DNA of 64,000 bases from an uncultured Pelagibacteraceae bacterium (GCA_902510025.1 CABWZX010000001.1:1133-65132), one strand, 5' to 3'; counted from the first letter of the stretch, positions 17,818 through 28,059 are shown. Made by a program: numbers and translations. The notes: generated from the sequence alone by a model not told the origin.

Positions 17818-18849
17818 TCATTCACTATTTCCAAAGACAACGTGGATTACTTTTGATGGTTTTATAATTCCAACAACTTGTTGATTTGAATCAATAACAG
17901 GTACGGATTTTTCTTGATCTAAAATTTTTTCAGCTACTGTTTCAATTATTGCATCTTTTGAAACTTTAAAATCGCTTAGATTTTGTTCATCAGCTACTGG
18001 ATCCATTACTGCTTCAATTTTTAGAACTTTTTCTCTTGGAACTTCTTGTGTAAATTTACGTACATATTCTGTTGCTGGATTTAGAACAATATTTGCAGGT
18101 GTATCTAATTGTTCAATTATGCCATCTTTCATAATTGCAATTCGATCTGCAAGTTTTAGCGCTTCATCAAAATCATGAGTAACAAATAAGATTGTTTTTT
18201 TTAATGAACTTTGCAGTCTTAAAAACTCATCTTGCATTTCTTTTCTAATTAATGGATCAAGAGCAGAAAAGGGCTCATCTAAAAACCATATATCTGGTTC
18301 AACTGCTAGAGATCTAGCAATTCCTACTCTTTGTTGTTGTCCACCTGATAATTCTCTTGGAAAATAATTTTCCCTACCATCAAGTCCTACAAGTTTAACC
18401 ATCTCCATTGCTTTAGAGACGCTATCTTTAGTTTTAATGCCCTTGATTTGCAACGGGAAGGCAATATTTTCCAATACAGTTTTGTGAGGCAATAACGCAA
18501 AACTTTGGAAAACCATTCCCATTTTATTTCTTCTTAACTCTATTAATTCTTTATTTTTGAGAGATAATAAGTCCTGACCATCAATATAAATCTTACCTGA
18601 TGTAGCATCTGTAAGTCTTGACGCACATCGAAGTAACGTTGATTTTCCAGATCCAGATAAACCCATTACAACCAGCATTTCACCTCTTGAAACATCAAAA
18701 GATGCATTGTTTACTCCAACAATGCAGCCAGCTTCTTGAAATATTTTAGCATCTACATTACCATTTGCATCTTTGAGCATTTTTTCAGCATTTGCTCCAA
18801 AAATTTTATAAACAGATTCACATCTGATTACTGGTTCTACAGAAGTCAT
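17818..18849 (-). CDS. tmoW: ABC ATPase of the betaine-family importer (ProV/OpuAA/TmoW-like)
   Basis: Walker A 'GLSGSGKST', signature 'LSGGQQQRVGIARSL', Walker B 'IWFLDEPFSALD', and a C-terminal CBS-like regulatory region. Confidence 0.85.
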   Translation of the reverse strand: MTSVEPVIRCESVYKIFGANAEKMLKDANGNVDAKIFQEAGCIVGVNNASFDVSRGEMLVVMGLSGSGKSTLLRCASRLTDATSGKIYIDGQDLLSLKNKELIELRRNKMGMVFQSFALLPHKTVLENIAFPLQIKGIKTKDSVSKAMEMVKLVGLDGRENYFPRELSGGQQQRVGIARSLAVEPDIWFLDEPFSALDPLIRKEMQDEFLRLQSSLKKTILFVTHDFDEALKLADRIAIMKDGIIEQLDTPANIVLNPATEYVRKFTQEVPREKVLKIEAVMDPVADEQNLSDFKVSKDAIIETVAEKILDQEKSVPVIDSNQQVVGIIKPSKVIHVVFGNSE

Positions 18850-18910
18850 AAATTTATCGTTATAGCCTATCCTAAAATATTAAAAAAATCCCTTTTATTT
18901 TAAACGAGTT

Positions 18911-19450
18911 CTAATAGTTTTTTATAAAATATACTCTGGTGTCTATACCAGTATTTAAAAAACCTTTTGCTTGACCTACAACTGTAATGGTATGAGTTGT
19001 ACCGACCACAGCTTCTAGTGTATACTCAACCATACACACATTTGAAGAACTATCCCATTTTACTGAAGATTTCTCAATATTATTGCCATTATCTTTATAC
19101 AATTTTTGTGCGTCTATATCTGTAATATGTGCACCCATTACAGCACGTTGCGTAACTATTTTAGTGTTTTTGCAAACGGCTTCATATTCAGCAAGCGTTA
19201 ATTGATAACCCTCTTCACTTGCGTAGAAATTTACTTTGCCGCTAGGAAGCGAATTGATTATTTCCTCATAATTTTCTTCAGATTGATCACTCTCTAATAC
19301 GATATCACTTTCTGGAATTCTCTCTTCACCAGGAAAAATTATATAAAAAATAATAAATATTGAAATTATCAGAAGAAGAAATCCACTGAGTTCTAGTAAA
19401 CCCCTTAGTCCTTCAGGTGTTTCTTTGTATTTTCTTCTAATTAGATTCAA
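18911..19450 (-). CDS. Hypothetical membrane-anchored periplasmic protein
   Basis: 179 aa with a single N-terminal TM ('LLELSGFLLLIISIFIIFYIIF'). Its TTG start lies inside the 3' end of the MORN gene (14-nt overlap), with 'gaagg' 8 nt upstream. Confidence 0.5.
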   Translation of the reverse strand: MNLIRRKYKETPEGLRGLLELSGFLLLIISIFIIFYIIFPGEERIPESDIVLESDQSEENYEEIINSLPSGKVNFYASEEGYQLTLAEYEAVCKNTKIVTQRAVMGAHITDIDAQKLYKDNGNNIEKSSVKWDSSSNVCMVEYTLEAVVGTTHTITVVGQAKGFLNTGIDTRVYFIKNY

Positions 19451-19886
19451 CTAATTCGCCTTCTTTCCAAATACCCTTCATAATTGTTCCATCAGCATTA
19501 GTTCTAGTGCCCTGTCCATTCCTATTACCATTAATAAATTCTCCCACATATGTATCTCCATTTGCCCAAGTAAAAGCTCCTTGACCATTCATATTATCAT
19601 CAAACCATTCACCTATGTATTGAGCTCCATCTGGAAAAATTAAAGTTCCTTGTCCTTGCCATTTGCTATCAACAAATTCTCCTGTGTATATGTATCCGTT
19701 TGGCCAAGTTACAGTACCTTGCCCATGTTTTAAACTCCCACGCCACTCACCTACATATACAGTTTTGTCTGTATAGGTCCAAGTTCCGGTGCCATTTTCA
19801 CAATCTCCTTCACATCCAGTTTTACGCGCAAAGGCAGAATTACAAACAACCACACTTAAAAAAATAAATAGGAATAATCTTGTCAT
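19437..19886 (-). CDS. Secreted MORN-repeat protein
   Basis: Signal peptide 'MTRLFLFIFLSVVVCNSAFA' followed by about 5 MORN repeats ('YVGEWRGSLKHGQGT', 'YTGEFVDSKWQGQGT', 'YIGEWFDDNMNGQGA', 'YVGEFINGNRNGQGT'). Confidence 0.8.
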   Translation of the reverse strand: MTRLFLFIFLSVVVCNSAFARKTGCEGDCENGTGTWTYTDKTVYVGEWRGSLKHGQGTVTWPNGYIYTGEFVDSKWQGQGTLIFPDGAQYIGEWFDDNMNGQGAFTWANGDTYVGEFINGNRNGQGTRTNADGTIMKGIWKEGELVESN

Positions 19887-19901
19887 GATTTTATAGATAC
19901 T

Positions 19902-19940
19902 AAAAAAAATCTCCCCTAGTCTGAAACTAGGGGAGATTTT
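19902..19940 (-). terminator. Rho-independent terminator after the binding-protein gene (bidirectional geometry)
   Basis: Perfect 12-bp stem atctcccctagt/actaggggagat (19909-19920 / 19926-19937) with a 5-nt loop, flanked by A8 and T4. On the minus strand the hairpin is followed by U8. Confidence 0.75.
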
Positions 19941-19971
19941 AATTTAAAAATCTATGTTGTAAAAGAATTAA

Positions 19972-20910
19972 TTAAAATGCTTTCCACACAGACTCATTAT
20001 CAGCTAACCAAGCCGCTGCAGCATCTTCGTGTGTCATTCCATCAACGTCAACTAAAGCTGCCATCGCACCTATGTGACCTGTTGTAAAAGACATATTTTT
20101 GAAAATAGCCGCGGCATCTGGATGAGTATTAGGAAAATTCTCATTCACTGCTTTTTTCAAATAACCATCTGGTGAACCGCATGCTCCGTCTCCACCATCT
20201 TCTGGTCTACAACCATCATAGAATGGAGGGAAATCAATAAATGTGAAACCAGCACCATCTGTAAAGTTTGGTGTCCAGTTAAAGATTATTGTTCCTCTAT
20301 TTTCTTTTTTAGCTGCGTCTAGCTCAGCCCATAGTGCATCAGCACCACCAGCAAACTTAACCATCCATAAGTCATCTAAGCCAAGAGCTTCAAGACGCTG
20401 AGGCATTAAATCTTGGTGCCAAGTTTGTGGACCTTCTAGCCAACGACCTTTACCACCTGAGTCTGGTGTCACAAAGTTTGCAGCACAGTCAGGATTTTTT
20501 AAAGCCGTCCAATCAGGTAAACCTGGGCATAAATCAGCTACCCAGTTTGGATAACCCATATCTTCTAGTGTTCTAGCGTCATGGTCACCCCAGTCAAGTA
20601 AACCACCTGCATCACGTGCAGCATCAAATGATGAACCAAAAGCAGATTCCCACACTTCGTGTGAAATATCTACATCGCCTTGACGAATTGATTCATATAC
20701 TGCTTGAGAGTCAGCTGGTACATATTCTACGTTATTACCAATGCTTTCGAATATTCCACCGATCACATAGGCCATTACAACCTGACTTGACCAGTTGTGC
20801 ACTGGAATTCTTATTGGTTTTTTACTATCTGCAGCGTAGACAGCAGTTGATGCAAAAGTAATAGCAACAAGAGCAAACATTGCAGTTAGCATTTTTAAAG
20901 ATTTTAACAT
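19972..20910 (-). CDS. tmoX: Periplasmic substrate-binding protein, glycine betaine/TMAO family (OpuAC/TmoX-like)
   Basis: Signal peptide 'MLKSLKMLTAMFALVAITFASTAVYA'. Trp-rich mature protein of OpuAC size, divergent from the tmm-like gene. Higher GC and biased codons suggest high expression. Confidence 0.75.
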   Translation of the reverse strand: MLKSLKMLTAMFALVAITFASTAVYAADSKKPIRIPVHNWSSQVVMAYVIGGIFESIGNNVEYVPADSQAVYESIRQGDVDISHEVWESAFGSSFDAARDAGGLLDWGDHDARTLEDMGYPNWVADLCPGLPDWTALKNPDCAANFVTPDSGGKGRWLEGPQTWHQDLMPQRLEALGLDDLWMVKFAGGADALWAELDAAKKENRGTIIFNWTPNFTDGAGFTFIDFPPFYDGCRPEDGGDGACGSPDGYLKKAVNENFPNTHPDAAAIFKNMSFTTGHIGAMAALVDVDGMTHEDAAAAWLADNESVWKAF

Positions 20911-21171
20911 GTATCCCCCTTCTTAAAGGTTCTTTAATTAAATTTAATTATTACTAAAAATTCTATTGATGCTAAGAGTACGAGTCAAATGAGATAGACT
21001 TTATTTGATCTATATATGCTGCTATACCTATTCAATAGATACTATATATGGTTAAAAATATATATTAAATTTATACATATGCATGCACATATAAATTAGG
21101 CGTGACATTTTAATTCGTTGATCATTTTCGATTTTATAAATTAGAATAAAAAAAATTTATTAGGAGATTAA

Positions 21172-22506
21172 ATGAGTAGAGTAGCAATTATAGGTTCAGG
21201 TCCATGTGGTTTATCAATATTAAGGGCTTTCCAACAAGCAGAGGCAAAAGGAGAAAAGATTCCTGAAATTGTTTGTTATGAAAAACAAGATGATTGGGGT
21301 GGACTATGGAACTATAGTTGGAGAACAGGATCAGACCAGTATGGAGATCCAGTTCCTAACAGCATGTATCGATATCTTTGGTCAAATGGACCAAAAGAGT
21401 GTTTAGAATTTGCTGACTATTCCTTCGATAAACATTTTGGTCAACCAATACCATCATTCCCTCCACGTGAAGTTTTATTTGATTATATCTTAGGTCGCGC
21501 AAAAGATGCTGATATTAAAAAATATATTAAATTTGGAACAAAAGTAACGAATGTTATTCATAACGGATCTCAATATGAAATTACTTCTTTAAACAAAAAA
21601 GAAAATACGACTTCAAAAGAAAATTTTGATTACTTGGTTGTAGCGTCAGGACACTTTTCAGTTCCATTCATTCCTGAATATGAAGGCATGCAATCTTTTC
21701 CTGGTCGTATCTTACATTCTCATGATTTTAGAGACGCAGAAGAATTTAGGGGAAAGGATGTAATCGTCTTAGGTAGCAGTTACTCTGCTGAAGATGTAGC
21801 ACTTCAATGTTATAAGTACGGAGCTAAGTCCGTAACAATTGGTTATAGAAATAACCCAATGGGCTTTAAATGGCCCGATGGTATGAAAGAAGTACATTAC
21901 CTAGATAAATTGGAAGGAAACAAAGCTACCTTTAAAGATGGCCATACTCAAAATGTAGATGCTCTAATATTATGTAGTGGCTATCTCCATCATTTTCCTT
22001 ATATGGAAGACAGCTTAACACTTAAAACTCATAACAGACTCTACCCACCAAAACTTTATAAAGGCGTTGTTTGGCAAGATAATCACAGCTTAATGTATCT
22101 TGGTATGCAAGACCAATTTCATACTTTCAATATGTTTGATTGCCAAGCCTGGTATGCACGAGATGTAATAATGGGGAAAATCAAAATGCCTGGTGCTGAT
22201 GAAATTGAAAAAGACATTAACAAGTGGGTTGCTCTAGAGGAAAAATTAGAAGATCCAATCCAAATGATCGACTTTCAAACGGAATATACAAAAGATTTGC
22301 ATGAAGCGTCTGACTATCCAGAGATAGACTTTGAATTAATCAGAGTTCACTTCAAGGAATGGGAGCATAACAAGGAAGAGGATATTATGACTTATCGAAA
22401 TAATTCTTTCTCTTCTCCAGTAACTGGAACTGAGGCTCCACTGCATCATACCCCATGGGGAGAAGCCATGGATGATTCCATGAAGACATTCATGAAGTCT
22501 AAATAA
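21172..22506 (+). CDS. tmm: Flavin-containing monooxygenase, trimethylamine monooxygenase-like
   Basis: FAD site 'IIGSGPCG', FMO motif 'FPGRILHSHDFR' (FxGxxxHxxxF/Y), NADPH site 'VLGSSYSAED'. About 445 aa, as in bacterial Tmm. Confidence 0.85.
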   Translation: MSRVAIIGSGPCGLSILRAFQQAEAKGEKIPEIVCYEKQDDWGGLWNYSWRTGSDQYGDPVPNSMYRYLWSNGPKECLEFADYSFDKHFGQPIPSFPPREVLFDYILGRAKDADIKKYIKFGTKVTNVIHNGSQYEITSLNKKENTTSKENFDYLVVASGHFSVPFIPEYEGMQSFPGRILHSHDFRDAEEFRGKDVIVLGSSYSAEDVALQCYKYGAKSVTIGYRNNPMGFKWPDGMKEVHYLDKLEGNKATFKDGHTQNVDALILCSGYLHHFPYMEDSLTLKTHNRLYPPKLYKGVVWQDNHSLMYLGMQDQFHTFNMFDCQAWYARDVIMGKIKMPGADEIEKDINKWVALEEKLEDPIQMIDFQTEYTKDLHEASDYPEIDFELIRVHFKEWEHNKEEDIMTYRNNSFSSPVTGTEAPLHHTPWGEAMDDSMKTFMKSK

Positions 22507-22508
22507 TC

Positions 22509-23735
22509 CTAAGACTGGTAAGATAAACGCGGCACGGCTTTTTCTATAATAGGAATGTGCATAGCCGCTGAAGCAAATCCTAAGAGCACACATAACCACC
22601 ACATCAGGTCATAAGATCCGTACATATCATACAGTCTTCCTCCAAACCATGAACCCAAAAATGACCCAAATTGATGTGATAAAAAAGTAAACCCATAAAG
22701 CATGGACATATATTTTACACCAAATACAACACTGATAATTCCACTAGTAAGTGGTACAGTTGCAAGCCATAAAACTCCAAGCAAAGCTGCAAAGATTAAT
22801 ATTGTGATTTCATTCTTCGGAACAATTATAAAAATAATAAATAGAATTGATCTCAAAGAATAAAGTACAACTAATAGATTTTTCTTAGACATTCTGTCAC
22901 CAAGTCTTGCAAATATTAAAGTGCCAAAAATATTAAATAATCCAATTAATGCTAAAGACCAACTGCCAATCCAAGAAGGTAGGCTTATGTCATCTAAATA
23001 CGCTGGAAGATGAGTTGCTACAAAAGCGACATGGAATCCACATACAAAAAAACCAATAGTCAGTAAATTATAGCTTTTTGATTTGAATGCTTCCTTTAGC
23101 GCATCTTTCAGGGTCTGATCTGAAACTTGACTAGATGAATCAGATTTTCCAGAATAGTTTAATGCATAGCAAAATATAATCATGACTGATGCAATTAAAG
23201 TTAGATACAGAATTGAACTAGACCAATTTGAAACTTCAATTAAGAAGCCTGCAAAGGGAACCAATATAAACTGACCTAGGGATCCCGCAGCCATAACAAT
23301 TCCTAAAGACAAGGTACGATGTTGTTCTTTTACTGTTTTCCCAACAGCTCCCAGAACAACCGCTGTTCCACAGCCAGCTGCCCCCAAGCCAAATATTGCT
23401 TGTGAAGCAATAATATCAAAACTTGTATTCACATGTGCCATCCAGAAAAGCCCAATTAAAACTAGTATTACTCCTGATAAAGATGCCTTCCCTGATCCAT
23501 ACTTATCTGACATTGCTCCAAATAAAGGAGACCCAATACCAATTAGAAGAAATTGAATTGCTACTGCAAACCCAAATACTTCACGACCAGTTTGTAGATG
23601 ATTAGAAATTGGAACAAGATAAAGACCTGATGAATGTCTAATTCCGAATGATATTAATAATAATATACTTCCACCAACTATAACAAAATTAGAAATATAT
23701 TTTTTATTAAGGGAACTATTCATATTCGTACTCAT
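22509..23735 (-). CDS. MFS transporter (12 TM), substrate unknown
   Basis: 408-aa polytopic protein. Its ATG overlaps the stop of the upstream cupin gene by 1 nt (taATG). Confidence 0.8.
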   Translation of the reverse strand: MSTNMNSSLNKKYISNFVIVGGSILLLISFGIRHSSGLYLVPISNHLQTGREVFGFAVAIQFLLIGIGSPLFGAMSDKYGSGKASLSGVILVLIGLFWMAHVNTSFDIIASQAIFGLGAAGCGTAVVLGAVGKTVKEQHRTLSLGIVMAAGSLGQFILVPFAGFLIEVSNWSSSILYLTLIASVMIIFCYALNYSGKSDSSSQVSDQTLKDALKEAFKSKSYNLLTIGFFVCGFHVAFVATHLPAYLDDISLPSWIGSWSLALIGLFNIFGTLIFARLGDRMSKKNLLVVLYSLRSILFIIFIIVPKNEITILIFAALLGVLWLATVPLTSGIISVVFGVKYMSMLYGFTFLSHQFGSFLGSWFGGRLYDMYGSYDLMWWLCVLLGFASAAMHIPIIEKAVPRLSYQS

Positions 23736-24100
23736 TATTTTTCTGTAAAGATATACTTACCTCGGTGAGTTACCACAGTAGTACAGCCTGAAGAAGTAGT
23801 GCTGTAATGTAATGAACCAGATGATAGATGAACAAAATCCCCTTTCTTATAAGTATATCCATCAGGGTCTGTTAAATCTCCTTCTAATATAAAAAACTCT
23901 TCTGGACCTTCATGTAAATGGGCTTTTGATTTAGTGCCTGGATCCATTTTGTAGAGATATGAACCTTCTCCAGTTTCTTCATCATAACTTAAATTGTACC
24001 ACCAAGTATTACCATCCTGGCCAGCAGATTCTTCTTCTAATAATTCCCACTCTATGGATTCAATATTAGAAACCTTTCTGTAATCAGATAATGTAGACAT
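23735..24100 (-). CDS. Cupin-domain protein
   Basis: Cupin motif 1 'HLHEGPEEFFILEG' and motif 2 region 'GDFVHLSSGSLH'. Starts 10 nt after the tdm-like stop. Confidence 0.65.
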   Translation of the reverse strand: MSTLSDYRKVSNIESIEWELLEEESAGQDGNTWWYNLSYDEETGEGSYLYKMDPGTKSKAHLHEGPEEFFILEGDLTDPDGYTYKKGDFVHLSSGSLHYSTTSSGCTTVVTHRGKYIFTEK

Positions 24101-24110
24101 GATTTATTTT

Positions 24111-26468
24111 TTAAGCTTTAACTCTACTTTTAGTAGGATCGTAAAATGGAAAAGGAATAATTTTTGCTTTAATTCTTTTCTGATGTCCATCCAATTTACC
24201 AATTTCAACTTCTATTCCTTCTTCAGATGAATGAATATCAATTCTGCATAATGCTATATTTTTATTTAGAGTAGGTGAAATCATCCCACTAGTGACAACT
24301 CCAACTTGTCCTCTTCCTATATGAACACAATCTCCGTGGCCACAAAGCTCATTGCCTTCAATTTCAAGCCCAACCAATTTACGTAGGGGGTTCTCTTTTC
24401 TCTTCACAAGCGCATCACGACCAATAAAGTTGGCATCTTTTGATTTAAGAGGAACTGTAAAAGAGATGCCCGCTTCAAATGGATCTGTCTCATCGCTAAA
24501 TTCATTACCGCCAAGAATAAGACCTGCTTCAATCCTTAACATATCTAATGCAGCAAACCCCATAGGAGCTATATCAAACTCCTGGCCTGCCTCCCAAATA
24601 GCGTCCCATACTTTAGGACCATCTTTTGGGTGACAATAAACTTCATATCCAAGTTCACCTGTATAGCCTGTTCGAGATAACATTACAGGGATACCCAGGT
24701 GATCATTTAAGCGACTAATGGTAAAATGAAACCACTTTAAATCTTCAATTCCTGGACTTGCAGGCGTTGTCCACATAATTTTTGATAATACTTTCCTACT
24801 GTTTGGACCTTGTACTGAAATATTATGTAATTGATCAGATGAAGATCTAACAGACACCTTTAACTCTAATTTTTTACCTAACTCTCTTAGCCACTCACCT
24901 GAATAATCACTTCCTCCAATCCACCTGAAATTAGCATCACCTAATTTAAATAATGTTCCATCATCAATCATTGTTCCATTTTCATAACACATCGCTGTAT
25001 AGACAACTTGTCCAATCGCTAACTTTTTTACATTCCGTGTAAGCGCTGTGTTCATTAACTCTTCAGCATCTGGACCTACAACCTCAAACTTCTTAAGAGA
25101 AGAAAGATCCATCATTATTACATTATCTCTACAAGCTGTATATTCAGCGACTGTCCCATAATTATCATATTTGTTTGGTATCCAAACTCCCGCAAACTCC
25201 ACGTAATCTTTTGTTAATTTAGATGTACGTTCATGAAAGGCTGTTTGCTTTGTTAAAGAAACATCTGAGTCTGGATTCTTGCGATAAGCCATAGCTTTAG
25301 AAAAAAAGTTTTTCTTTGAATAAACTCTAACGCATATATCTGTTGGATTCCAGTCATTTGCTGCATCAATATCACAAGGGCAAGCAGATGAAGCAACTAC
25401 TAAGTTTTTTTGAGCTTGAAATAAAACATAATTCCCAGGTGTTGACCAAGGCAAGTCAAAAAATAAAACGTTTGATGCATCTAATCCAGTGTTAAAAAAT
25501 AAATTGATAGCTTGCCAACCACGCCTTTCATTTATTCCAAATGGTTTAAGGGCTACATTAAAATTGTCTGAACAATTTGCATGACCAAAGTAGCCTACAT
25601 CTTCGTAGTATTTTGCACTACAGGCGTTGCCAAATGTATCATGACGTCCGCATGTGTCTTGAATAACTTCTACGAGTGCATCTTGATCTCTATCAAAATA
25701 CTTTGCAAATAATCCAGGCATTGCATAATTCAATCCGATAATACTCCGGGTTACTATTGGATCGATGCTCAACTCTATCCCTTTTTGTAATTTTGCTGCG
25801 TCAAAGACCTGAAAATCTGAACACTGTCTTCCATATAGATCAATAACTTGAATGAAATCTCCTGCCTCAACTTCATATGATATTGCTGTACTATTACTAA
25901 TAATAAATTCATCTTTGATGTCAGCTAAAGGAGGGGGTAAATAATAGTTAGACTTATTATCAATTCTATTTTTTCGTTTAACTCTAATCTCTAAGTCTGT
26001 GGCAGGATTTTGAGAGTCAACTGCCATATCTTCCCCTGGAGCAGCTATAATTACAAAGCCATCTTCTTGACACTCAAGATCTAAGGTTTCTCTAATTTTT
26101 GTTTCAGTGTTAAAAAAGTTTGTAGAAACGGCTTTATGAAAATCTATGTTTTTCTTCTTTAATTTAGTTAATAGAAATTTGTTATCAAGGCTATTTGATA
26201 AAATATTTTTTACAAAAGAAGCGTCATTATTTTTCTTACAGCTTATTGCATCTGGAGAACACTTACCGGAGTTATCAAATGCAACGACTTCTGCGATTTG
26301 ACTTCCTTCAGTATTAATTATTGAAATAATATCCCCTGCAAAAAACTCAAAGCCAATAAGGCCTTGTGCTTTTGCAATGTAACGCTCAACATCTTCAGGA
26401 AGCCCTAGAATCCCTGCATTGAATGGTTGAGTTCTTCTAATATTAAAGCCTGATAAATCCAAATCCAA
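24111..26468 (-). CDS. tdm: DUF1989 + GcvT-fold protein, trimethylamine N-oxide demethylase-like
   Basis: 785 aa. The C-terminal half has the aminomethyltransferase (THF-binding) fold, including 'SRTGYTGELGYEV'. The N-terminal half matches the architecture reported for Tdm. TTG start with 'gaggtg' RBS. Confidence 0.75.
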   Translation of the reverse strand: MDLDLSGFNIRRTQPFNAGILGLPEDVERYIAKAQGLIGFEFFAGDIISIINTEGSQIAEVVAFDNSGKCSPDAISCKKNNDASFVKNILSNSLDNKFLLTKLKKKNIDFHKAVSTNFFNTETKIRETLDLECQEDGFVIIAAPGEDMAVDSQNPATDLEIRVKRKNRIDNKSNYYLPPPLADIKDEFIISNSTAISYEVEAGDFIQVIDLYGRQCSDFQVFDAAKLQKGIELSIDPIVTRSIIGLNYAMPGLFAKYFDRDQDALVEVIQDTCGRHDTFGNACSAKYYEDVGYFGHANCSDNFNVALKPFGINERRGWQAINLFFNTGLDASNVLFFDLPWSTPGNYVLFQAQKNLVVASSACPCDIDAANDWNPTDICVRVYSKKNFFSKAMAYRKNPDSDVSLTKQTAFHERTSKLTKDYVEFAGVWIPNKYDNYGTVAEYTACRDNVIMMDLSSLKKFEVVGPDAEELMNTALTRNVKKLAIGQVVYTAMCYENGTMIDDGTLFKLGDANFRWIGGSDYSGEWLRELGKKLELKVSVRSSSDQLHNISVQGPNSRKVLSKIMWTTPASPGIEDLKWFHFTISRLNDHLGIPVMLSRTGYTGELGYEVYCHPKDGPKVWDAIWEAGQEFDIAPMGFAALDMLRIEAGLILGGNEFSDETDPFEAGISFTVPLKSKDANFIGRDALVKRKENPLRKLVGLEIEGNELCGHGDCVHIGRGQVGVVTSGMISPTLNKNIALCRIDIHSSEEGIEVEIGKLDGHQKRIKAKIIPFPFYDPTKSRVKA

Positions 26469-26655
26469 TTTACACCTCTAAAAATCTCTACTTATTAAGC
26501 CTAAGTGTTTCTTACAAGCTAATATAAGTAAATATTTATGTATATAATATATATACATACAAAATAGTTTTCTTTTTTTTGCTGATATTTAAGAATTGGA
26601 AATTGCTAATAATTAGTAGAGAGAAAAAGGGCTTTTTTAACAAAATTTAAGAATA

Positions 26656-27999
26656 ATGTCATTTCCACAAAAAGCAGAGTACGTAATTATTGGAGCTGGG
26701 ATCCATGGTCTCAGCACAGCATGGCACTTAGCTCAAAAATTAAAGGCTCAAGGAAAAGGTGATGGAAGTAAAATCCTTGTAATTGAGAAAGATGGAATTG
26801 CTTCTGGAGCAAGTGGAATTGCTTGTGGTGTAATTCGTAATAATTATTTCCAACCTGCAATGCGTGAACTTATGGCTCATTCTGTAGAAGTTTGGGAAAG
26901 TGATCCAAAGAATTTTCATTACCACAGCTGTGGTTATATGCAAATAAGCCCTGCAAGCATGGAAGAAGATGTAGTATCTATTTACGAACAACAAAAATCG
27001 ATCGGTTATGAATCATCTTTTATCCAAGGAGAAAAAGAAGTTGATACCTACATGAAATCACTATTTGGTGACTGGCAAGCAAAAGGGGTCACAAGTGTTC
27101 TTCATGAGAAAAAGGGAGGGTTTGCAAATAATACGTCTTCTATCTATGGATTGGCGGCAAAAGCTGAAGCAGAAGGTGTTAGAATATTATCTGGAACTAC
27201 AGTAACTGGTTTTGAATATGGATCTAACTCAAAAGCGGTAACTGGAGTAGAAACTGATAAAGGCACTGTTAAATGTGATCAAGTTATTATTGGAGCTGGA
27301 CCATGGGTAAAATCATTCTGGGATATGCTTGATCTTCCAAGTGAAGTTTCAATTAAATCTAATGGAACGGTGCATCCTAATGTACCTATGTGGCAATACT
27401 GGTACTTAACTGAAGGGGTACTGGGTGTTGAACCAGATTTCCTTAAAACAGATGATGGCAATATGCCTCCTGTTATTCATGTCGATACTGATGCACCTTT
27501 GTATTCAGATGTCGATAAATCTCTGATTACTGATAAAATTTGGGGACTTTATTATAAACCTGATTTTCATTTTAATGGAATTCAAGGTGGATCATCTCCT
27601 TACAAAGTAGGTGAACCAGGCGGTGAGGGAATTTCAGTTGATCCATACGGACCAGCATCAACAGAATTTATTATTGATGATGAGTTTGCTCATATGTGGA
27701 GTTCTGCATTAGCATTTTGTCACAAACGTTTTGAAGGCAAATCCCATCTTTTCAAAAAAGGTGCCACTGGTGGGTTAGGTTGTTTTACTCCAGACTCTTT
27801 CCCTGTTTTTGATCAATTCAGAGAGAATGTTTACGTTATTGCAGATTCCAATCACGGATATAAAATGCTTGGTGTAGGCAAGCTTGTTGCCGAAGAAGTA
27901 TTAGGAGAAAAAAGCGCTTTGTTAGAACCTTTCAGGCTTTCAAGGTATGAAGAAGGAAAACTTCATCCTGTATCAAATAGTCCTTTCCCTTGGAGCTAA
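26656..27999 (+). CDS. FAD-dependent oxidoreductase (DAO/sarcosine-oxidase-beta-like), orphan
   Basis: N-terminal dinucleotide fold 'YVIIGAGIHGLSTAWHLA'. At 447 aa it is longer than SoxB, with an internal insert. Divergent from the tdm-like gene. Confidence 0.8.
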   Translation: MSFPQKAEYVIIGAGIHGLSTAWHLAQKLKAQGKGDGSKILVIEKDGIASGASGIACGVIRNNYFQPAMRELMAHSVEVWESDPKNFHYHSCGYMQISPASMEEDVVSIYEQQKSIGYESSFIQGEKEVDTYMKSLFGDWQAKGVTSVLHEKKGGFANNTSSIYGLAAKAEAEGVRILSGTTVTGFEYGSNSKAVTGVETDKGTVKCDQVIIGAGPWVKSFWDMLDLPSEVSIKSNGTVHPNVPMWQYWYLTEGVLGVEPDFLKTDDGNMPPVIHVDTDAPLYSDVDKSLITDKIWGLYYKPDFHFNGIQGGSSPYKVGEPGGEGISVDPYGPASTEFIIDDEFAHMWSSALAFCHKRFEGKSHLFKKGATGGLGCFTPDSFPVFDQFRENVYVIADSNHGYKMLGVGKLVAEEVLGEKSALLEPFRLSRYEEGKLHPVSNSPFPWS

Positions 28000-28059
28000 T
28001 TCACTAAAAAAGTTAAAAAATTATTTCGAAGCTTGCTGTAATTGTAGTAGAGTTTCGCG

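Noticed and set aside
20911-21171. TA-rich near-palindromes in divergent promoter regions, such as 'acatatgcatgcacatat' here, 'atgtatataatatatatacat' at about 26538-26558 and (TA)n at about 54965-54990, considered as shared operator sites.
   Set aside because: The sequences are not alike between regions beyond being (TA)-rich. Such runs are expected in AT-rich promoter DNA. Only the exact 10-bp inverted repeat at 58828/58901 was kept.
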